This document shows, one piece after another, positions 58,603 to 64,000 of a stretch of 64,000 bases of DNA (positions within the stretch are counted from its first letter, which is position 1; each line of letters begins with the position of its first letter). Location: contig JANWWQ010000006.1 of NCBI GenBank assembly GCA_025055635.1, forward strand, positions 1,116 through 65,115, written 5' to 3'. This stretch comes from Flavobacteriales bacterium (GTDB lineage Bacteria; Bacteroidota; Bacteroidia; CAIKAF01). The notes beneath the pieces were generated by a model. That model saw only the letters and a program-made list of their open reading frames with translations, ran no database searches and was not told the origin of the DNA. Made by a program: the position numbers and the translations under genes.

Positions 58603-59703
58603 TTACTGGAAGGGATCGGAAAATTCTGGATTGGTTAGGAATGAGGAGTCGGTGAGGGCCAAGAGAAATTTTTTAATGGCCACCACTTCGTTTGGAGAGA
58701 GATTGAGCCCTTGGCCGGCATATTCCATCATGGGGTCAATGGTTGGGGAGATTTTACCGCCCGTGAGATAATGGTCTACCAGCACCTGATCCAGAGTGTT
58801 GAAGCGACCGTCATGCATGTATGGTGCAGAAACAGCCACATTACGCAGGGTGGGAACTTTGAAAAGCGCCCTGTGATTAGGGTTTCCGGTGGTCTCGTAA
58901 AGGCCTAGGTCGGTCCATTCGTGTTCATAATCTAGGCCGTTGTTGCTGAAACGGTAGTTGCTGAACAGCCGATCCTCAGCGTTATGACAATGGAAACAGT
59001 CGCCCTTGTAGTTATCTTGGATGAGCTGCAGACCCAGCAGCTCTTGATTATCTAAAGTTCCCAGTCCTTGAACCCAGCGGTCGTACCGAGAGTTGAATGA
59101 TACCAGGGTGCGTACGAACTGGGCCAGGGCCTTGGCTATGCGAATGCTATCAATACGGCGGTCGCCAAAAGCCGCTTCAAAAAGGGGAGGATAGAGCGGA
59201 TCATTTTGAAGAATTTGCTCTACCTGAGAAAGGCTATGGGCCATTTCCTTGGGATCGCGGATGGGGTGAAGCACCTGCTCCTCCAGGGTGGCCGCGCGGC
59301 CGTCCCAGAAGAACCGGGTGAAGGGATTGAAGGCCACATTCACTAAGGCCATGCTATGACGGCGGGTAGTTTGTCCGAAGGCGCCCTCGCTGTAGCGACG
59401 GGGATCAGAGAAGGCATGATCCTGTTGGTGACAAGAAGCGCAGGAAACGGAGTTATTTACAGAGAGCCGCTTGTCATAGAAAAGATAGCGACCCAATCGG
59501 GCACCTTCCACAGTGGTGGGATTATCGGCAGGTTCTATGGGGCGGGGATAACCGGGCGGAATCTTAAAAGGATAGGGTGTCGGACCTGGACGGGGATTTT
59601 CGCGGCAGGCGATTAGAAAAACCAGAGAGCCTGCCAGCAGGATTCCCCTTATTAAGCTCCAATGGTCCAAGCGGAGAATCATGTTCCACAAAGTTAATTG
59701 CAT
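58603..59703 (-). CDS. Di-haem cytochrome c peroxidase (CCP/MauG family), lipoprotein-type signal.
   Basis: Two CxxCH motifs (CASCHQQ, CFHCHN), a conserved Trp/Met region, and an N-terminal LVFLIAC lipobox. The start could be the ATG at 59703 or 59682; the track used a TTG at 59739. Confidence 0.8.
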   Translation of the reverse strand: MQLTLWNMILRLDHWSLIRGILLAGSLVFLIACRENPRPGPTPYPFKIPPGYPRPIEPADNPTTVEGARLGRYLFYDKRLSVNNSVSCASCHQQDHAFSDPRRYSEGAFGQTTRRHSMALVNVAFNPFTRFFWDGRAATLEEQVLHPIRDPKEMAHSLSQVEQILQNDPLYPPLFEAAFGDRRIDSIRIAKALAQFVRTLVSFNSRYDRWVQGLGTLDNQELLGLQLIQDNYKGDCFHCHNAEDRLFSNYRFSNNGLDYEHEWTDLGLYETTGNPNHRALFKVPTLRNVAVSAPYMHDGRFNTLDQVLVDHYLTGGKISPTIDPMMEYAGQGLNLSPNEVVAIKKFLLALTDSSFLTNPEFSDPFQ

Positions 59704-59783
59704 CCACCATAATGTTAAAAAAGATACCTTGTATTGCAAGGTACTATTTTTTGCTTACTTTTGTGTCGTTTAAGTGACCTAAG

Positions 59784-60134
59784 ATGGGGAGCGGAGAGTT
59801 ATTTCAGCACTTGCGGCGGAGTCTTTTGGAATACAGCGTGGTGCAGGCCTTGGTGGAAGGGGAGGCCTATCCGGCTGATCTGATAGGGCGGTTGGGGCGT
59901 GTGGGGCTGCAGGTGCCGGAAGGCACTGTGTATCCTTTACTGAACAGGTTGAAGGCTGATGGATATGTAGAATACCGTTGGGAGGAAAGTCCCTCGGGGC
60001 CTCCGCGGAAGTATTACAGCCTCTCGGCCAAAGGGTTGAAACTGGCCGAGGAGTACCGACAAGCATGGGAGAAGCTGAAAAAATCAGTGGACAGCCTCAA
60101 TACATCTCAAAATAAACACGAGAAAAACCTATGA
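59784..60134 (+). CDS. PadR-family transcriptional regulator.
   Basis: Winged HTH YPADLIGRL…GTVYPLLNRLKADGYVEYRWEESPSGPPRKYYSLSAKG. 116 aa. Confidence 0.8.
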   Translation: MGSGELFQHLRRSLLEYSVVQALVEGEAYPADLIGRLGRVGLQVPEGTVYPLLNRLKADGYVEYRWEESPSGPPRKYYSLSAKGLKLAEEYRQAWEKLKKSVDSLNTSQNKHEKNL

Positions 60135-61648
60135 AAAAGACAGTGCAAGCAAGCGTGGGACGTATACCGTTCATATTTGAAGAGGATGCCTATGAGGTCC
60201 TCAAGGACTATTTACACGCAATTGAACAACACTTCTCACAAACCCCCGGAGGAAAGGAGGTGGCCGAAGATTTGGAAATGCGGGCGGGAGAACTTCTTAG
60301 GGAAACCGTTGCGGAAGGCTGCGTCGTGGTTTTGAACGACGTGCAAAAGCTCATGGAAAGATTAGGTTCCGTGAAAGATATTACGGGAGGACCAACTTCT
60401 TCTGCGCCTGCACCCAGGCCGGTCGTAAAACGGCTTTACCGCAACCCCGATGAACGGGTGCTGGGTGGGGTTTGCGGCGGCCTCGGCGCTTACTTTGGCC
60501 TGGACCCAGTGTGGTTGCGCCTGTTGTGGCTGGTGATGATATTTTTCATGGGCACAGGTCTTATTCTTTACCTTCTCCTGTGGCTCATAATCCCGGAAGC
60601 CCGTACGCCCGCCGAAAAATTGGAAATGAAAGGGCAACCGTTGACATTGGACCAGCTGAGCAAAAGCGTACAAGAGGAAACAAGCCGCATAATTCATCAG
60701 GTTAATACGAACCGCTGGAAGGTTTTCCTAAGAAACGTGGGCCAGTTTGGAGAGCAAATGATTGGTTATACCCGCCGGTTTCTTCAAAAAGTTTTTAGGC
60801 TATTGGGCGGCGTTCTATCGCTGTTATCAATACTGATAGCTGCTTTGATTCTGTTTTTTTTGGTGCAACTGATTGCCGGAGAACTTGCTGTTTTTAAAAT
60901 TAATCAGTCAGAGCTGGTTTTACATTCTCCGACCGACACGGTGGCCTGGATTTTTCCCACGCCGTGGGAGGGCTGGCTAACACTTGTGGCCCTGGTACTT
61001 TTTCTGGGCATTCCCTCAGTGATGCTGGCAGTTCATGGCATCCGATACCTGACGGGGCGGAAACAGGGTATGAGTTGGCTAAACATTCCACTTTTCACCG
61101 TGTGGCTATTGATGACCGGCCTGTTGGTGTGGAGTGGGATACGTTTGGCCCGACAGTTTTATTCACACCAGTACCATGAATACAACACGAGCTGGCCGAA
61201 TCATTGGAATGTGCTTAACATTTCCATGGCTTATCCTACGAATGAACAAGAAGGTCTTGTGCTGGAGGCCGTACAGCTCCACATATTCCGTAACACTCAG
61301 GACAGTTTGTGGGGCCTGACGCTTCAAAAAAACTCAGCAGGCCCCACCCCCACTCATGCTGCTGCTCTAGCTTCTGCTATCCAATACACCTTCCACCTGC
61401 GGGGCGATACACTGTGGCTCCCCCCTGTAATTTGCCTGCCGGTCGGTACCAAATACCGCGGCCAACATGTGGAAATTTTTCTGTACGTACCTGAGGGCGG
61501 GCGTCTCCGCTTTGACAGGCAAGCCGCCGAACATCTGGCCCATGTGCCCAACGTCCAGGGTCTTGAGGACGAGGAAATGGTGCCTTACGAGTGGGTGATG
61601 ACCGGGGCAGGATTATCTTGCGTGGGCTGTAAAAAGAAGGCTGAATAA
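60131..61648 (+). CDS. PspC-domain membrane protein with a long C-terminal extension.
   Basis: RLYRNPDERVLGGVCGGLGAYFGLDPVWLRLLWLVM is the PspC domain. Further TMs follow, plus a ~200 aa C-terminal domain. Start overlaps the padR stop by 4 nt. Confidence 0.75.
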   Translation: MKKTVQASVGRIPFIFEEDAYEVLKDYLHAIEQHFSQTPGGKEVAEDLEMRAGELLRETVAEGCVVVLNDVQKLMERLGSVKDITGGPTSSAPAPRPVVKRLYRNPDERVLGGVCGGLGAYFGLDPVWLRLLWLVMIFFMGTGLILYLLLWLIIPEARTPAEKLEMKGQPLTLDQLSKSVQEETSRIIHQVNTNRWKVFLRNVGQFGEQMIGYTRRFLQKVFRLLGGVLSLLSILIAALILFFLVQLIAGELAVFKINQSELVLHSPTDTVAWIFPTPWEGWLTLVALVLFLGIPSVMLAVHGIRYLTGRKQGMSWLNIPLFTVWLLMTGLLVWSGIRLARQFYSHQYHEYNTSWPNHWNVLNISMAYPTNEQEGLVLEAVQLHIFRNTQDSLWGLTLQKNSAGPTPTHAAALASAIQYTFHLRGDTLWLPPVICLPVGTKYRGQHVEIFLYVPEGGRLRFDRQAAEHLAHVPNVQGLEDEEMVPYEWVMTGAGLSCVGCKKKAE

Positions 61649-61750
61649 GCTGTTCTGGCTTTAAACACTCGGAATGCTTGTCTGAAGAGATGGTTCAAAA
61701 CTTAGAAATCCCTGCTGGCTGTTATCAAGCAACAGATTCTAACAAATGAA

Positions 61751-61771
61751 AAAGCTGCCCTTCGGCAGCTT
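61751..61771 (-). terminator. Rho-independent terminator downstream of tRNA-Gly (minus strand).
   Basis: On the minus strand, GCUGCCGAAGGGCAGC forms a 6-bp GC stem with a 4-nt loop, followed by UUUUUCAUUUGUU. Confidence 0.6.
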
Positions 61772-61776
61772 ATCAG

Positions 61777-61849
<73 letters not shown>

Positions 61850-61892
61850 AAACAGGGCTACAAAATTACGACGAAAATGAATTTTTACAATA

Positions 61893-62663
61893 TCACTTTT
61901 TAAGCTTTTGAACCAATGCCATGAGAGCGGCCCGGGCGCCGGGCGACCACCAATGCCGAAGTGTTTCTCCGAAGCTGCTGTCAAAGCCACCTTGAATACT
62001 ACGTTCAAAGGCCTTACGAAGATTGCGCTTGGTTTTCTGAACGGTGTCCGGATCCAGTTTGGTGTAAGCCCCTGCTATCTCTAAAGCGGTGGGCACCACG
62101 CGTTCTTGCGCCACAACGGCATCCACTAGGCCTGCCTCCAGAGCTTCTTGTGGCGTGAGGAGCTTGCCCTGTAGTAGATACTGATAGGCCCTTCGTGGAC
62201 CCACCCACAGGGAATACAACACAAAGACAGGTTCAGGCACTACAATGCCCACAGGCACTTCGTTGAGACCAATGGTGAAGGGACCCTCGGCCATTACCCG
62301 GTGATCTGCACAAATGGCCAGAATGCAACCTCCTGCCGGACTATGCCCATTGATGGCGCAAACGAACGGTTTGGGAAATGTGGCCAGAACCTCAAGCATA
62401 CGGGCAAAAGCATGCCAAAACTCCTCTGAACGGGCCACGTCATAGCCAGAAATCTCAACGACGTCAAGACCAGCACTGAAAAAATTTCCTTCCCCAGTCA
62501 GTACCACAGCTTTCACTCCTTCATCGTGAGCCAGATCCTGAAACATCCGAATGATTTCTTCTATGAAGGCTAGGTTGAGGGCATTGGCTTTGGGACGATT
62601 AAGGCGGACCACCGGTATGGCAGCTGAACCTTCGCAGTGCAGATATTCAAAACGTTTTTCCAT
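61893..62663 (-). CDS. Enoyl-CoA hydratase/isomerase (crotonase-fold) family protein.
   Basis: ATG at 62663 (MEKRFEYLHCEGSAAIPVVRLNRPKANAL…). Oxyanion-hole and catalytic segments VVLTGEGNFFSAGLD and NGHSPAGGCILA. Confidence 0.7.
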   Translation of the reverse strand: MEKRFEYLHCEGSAAIPVVRLNRPKANALNLAFIEEIIRMFQDLAHDEGVKAVVLTGEGNFFSAGLDVVEISGYDVARSEEFWHAFARMLEVLATFPKPFVCAINGHSPAGGCILAICADHRVMAEGPFTIGLNEVPVGIVVPEPVFVLYSLWVGPRRAYQYLLQGKLLTPQEALEAGLVDAVVAQERVVPTALEIAGAYTKLDPDTVQKTKRNLRKAFERSIQGGFDSSFGETLRHWWSPGARAALMALVQKLKK

Positions 62664-62747
62664 GGCTTTGTAAGCCAACCAAAAATACAATACAGCCGAA
62701 GCCATGCTTTGCCTTAATGTACTTTTGGACGCATAGCCGGCAGCTTT

Positions 62748-63491
62748 ATGCGCCACATACCCAATACGCTCACGCTCTGCAACCTGCTTTTAGGACTTGT
62801 AGCCCTAGGAATGGCAGTACAGGGACATGCGCTCACCGTATGGTACTTGATTTTAGGTGCTTCTCTGTGTGATCTCGCAGACGGGTGGATGGCCCGCCGC
62901 ATCAACGTCCCATCATCCATAGGAAAAGACCTGGATAGCTTAGCAGATTTAGTCACATTCGGCGCGGCACCAGCTCTCACTTTAGCTTTTTATCTCAAAG
63001 AATTATCCTCCCAATTGTCTGACTTTCCCTGGCTTTCAGAGATTAACATTAGTTCGGGGGGCACGGTGTCGTTACCTTATCTCTGGGGTTTGTGGCCTGC
63101 GCTGGGAAGTGCCCTTCGCCTGGCCCGCTTCAACAACGATCCGCGGCAATCCGAGTGGTTCCGTGGGCTTCCTACACCTGCCTCTGGCCTCTTTCTGCTG
63201 GCTTTTATTCTTTGGTTGAAAGAGGTGGTGCTTCCCGTGGAATGGATTCTTGCGGCTCTGGCTGTAGTTGCTTTGGCTTTGCCCATCTTGATGCTTTCTG
63301 CTTGGCCCATGCTTTCCCTTAAAGTCGCCCTTAAACCTCCTGTGTGGATACTTGTTGGGATTATCCTTGTCGGAAGCGGATTATTCAGTGCCTGGCTCAT
63401 TAATTTTGGGGCTTGCATTCCTATCATGGTCATGTATCTTACTGTTTCTCTTTTAGTTAAAAAGCATTTTTCCCATGAGGTTCATCGCTGA
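62748..63491 (+). CDS. pssA: CDP-alcohol phosphatidyltransferase, phosphatidylserine-synthase-like.
   Basis: CDP-OH P-transferase motif D…DLADGWMARR…G…DSLAD, and 247 aa with multiple TMs. Confidence 0.7.
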   Translation: MRHIPNTLTLCNLLLGLVALGMAVQGHALTVWYLILGASLCDLADGWMARRINVPSSIGKDLDSLADLVTFGAAPALTLAFYLKELSSQLSDFPWLSEINISSGGTVSLPYLWGLWPALGSALRLARFNNDPRQSEWFRGLPTPASGLFLLAFILWLKEVVLPVEWILAALAVVALALPILMLSAWPMLSLKVALKPPVWILVGIILVGSGLFSAWLINFGACIPIMVMYLTVSLLVKKHFSHEVHR

Positions 63492-63726
63492 TGTTACCGT
63501 AATGCCTTTGGAGCAACTCCTGGACCCTCAGGGCAAAGCCGTAGAAATGGGGTTGGCCCAGATTGGAATTAAGGACATCAAAGCGGTGAGGGTGGGAAAA
63601 AATATCCGCATAGAATTGGAAGCCTCCAATACTGAAGAAGCCGAACAGAAAGTGAGGCAAGCCAGTGAACAACTCTTATGTAATCCCATTACGGAATACT
63701 TCACCTATCAAATTGTATCTAAATGA
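63475..63726 (+). CDS. purS: Phosphoribosylformylglycinamidine synthase subunit PurS.
   Basis: MRFIADVTVMPLEQLLDPQGKAVEMGL…IKDIKAVRVGKNIRIELEA. 83 aa. Confidence 0.8.
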   Translation: MRFIADVTVMPLEQLLDPQGKAVEMGLAQIGIKDIKAVRVGKNIRIELEASNTEEAEQKVRQASEQLLCNPITEYFTYQIVSK

Positions 63727-64000
63727 ATTTGAGAACTGAAAGTCGGGCTTTTTTAGAAAAATACCTCAATAACCCTTCTCCCACCGGTTTTGAATGGAAA
63801 GGGCAACAGATCTGGTTGGAATATCTGAAGCCTTACATTGACGGCTATGAGCTGGATGTATATGGGAGCGTAGCCGCGGTATTGAATCCAGGAACTTCTT
63901 ACCGTGTGGTTATTGAAGCCCATGCGGATGAAATTTCCTGGTTTGTTAATTATATATCTGAAGAGGGATTCATTTATGTGATTCGCAACGGAGGCAGCGA
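63723..64000 (+). CDS. M42-family aminopeptidase/endoglucanase-like peptidase (FrvX-like), N-terminal part; continues past the window end.
   Basis: MNLRTESRAFLEKYLNNPSPTGFEWKGQQIWLEYLKPYIDGYELDVYGSVAAVLNPG…IEAHADEI (the HxDE metal site). ATG overlaps the purS stop (ATGA). Confidence 0.6.
   Translation, partial: MNLRTESRAFLEKYLNNPSPTGFEWKGQQIWLEYLKPYIDGYELDVYGSVAAVLNPGTSYRVVIEAHADEISWFVNYISEEGFIYVIRNGGS

Overview
This 64-kb window looks like a densely packed chromosomal segment from a Bacteroidota genome, about 50% GC. The phylum call rests on the rpmG–DUF4295–ftsY and yceD–rpmF–plsX–fabH arrangements, TAnnTTTG-type -7 promoter boxes, a T9SS C-terminal sorting domain, S46 and NamZ genes, and MK-type ubiE/menG. 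Coding density is about 90% on both strands, and many adjacent genes overlap by 4 nt (ATGA/TGAT junctions). I found no rRNA, CRISPR array, transposase, integrase or phage gene. The only RNA gene is one tRNA-Gly(GCC), which has its own Rho-independent terminator.

Most content is housekeeping: ruvB, fbp, cinA, murA, menG, trkH, trmD, ftsY, rpmG, rpmE2, rpmF, rpsO, pnp, plsX, fabH, acs, nadD, miaE, gcvH, folE, purN, purS, parE and pssA. There is also a large set of secreted or membrane peptidases (S8, M28, S46, PF10023-like, S13 DacB, M42).

The more unusual loci are:
- a co-directional module of a GAF-PP2C phosphatase, a secreted unknown protein, a GT2 and a GT39/ArnT-like transferase (19.1–23.5 kb);
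- a hyp–folE–ColD-like operon in which the PLP enzyme has His in place of the Schiff-base Lys, suggesting a sugar 3-dehydratase (53.0–55.8 kb);
- a pair of a 3β-HSD-like epimerase/dehydrogenase and a steroid-5α-reductase-family membrane protein (50.2–52.0 kb);
- an mlaEF-like ABC pair with no MCE (mlaD) gene, translationally coupled to a SAM methyltransferase and a 519-aa polytopic membrane protein (26.7–30.4 kb);
- an orphan ketosynthase fused to the ruvB stop codon;
- an M28 peptidase interrupted by transmembrane hairpins;
- a 610-bp divergent intergenic region carrying a C-rich, roughly 170-bp GC island that may be a structured RNA;
- G9 and A11 homopolymer tracts inside the lipase and pnp coding sequences.

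The ORF track uses ATG, GTG and TTG as starts, so several starts were re-picked by reading the sequence. All functional calls come from motif recognition by eye; no database searches were run.
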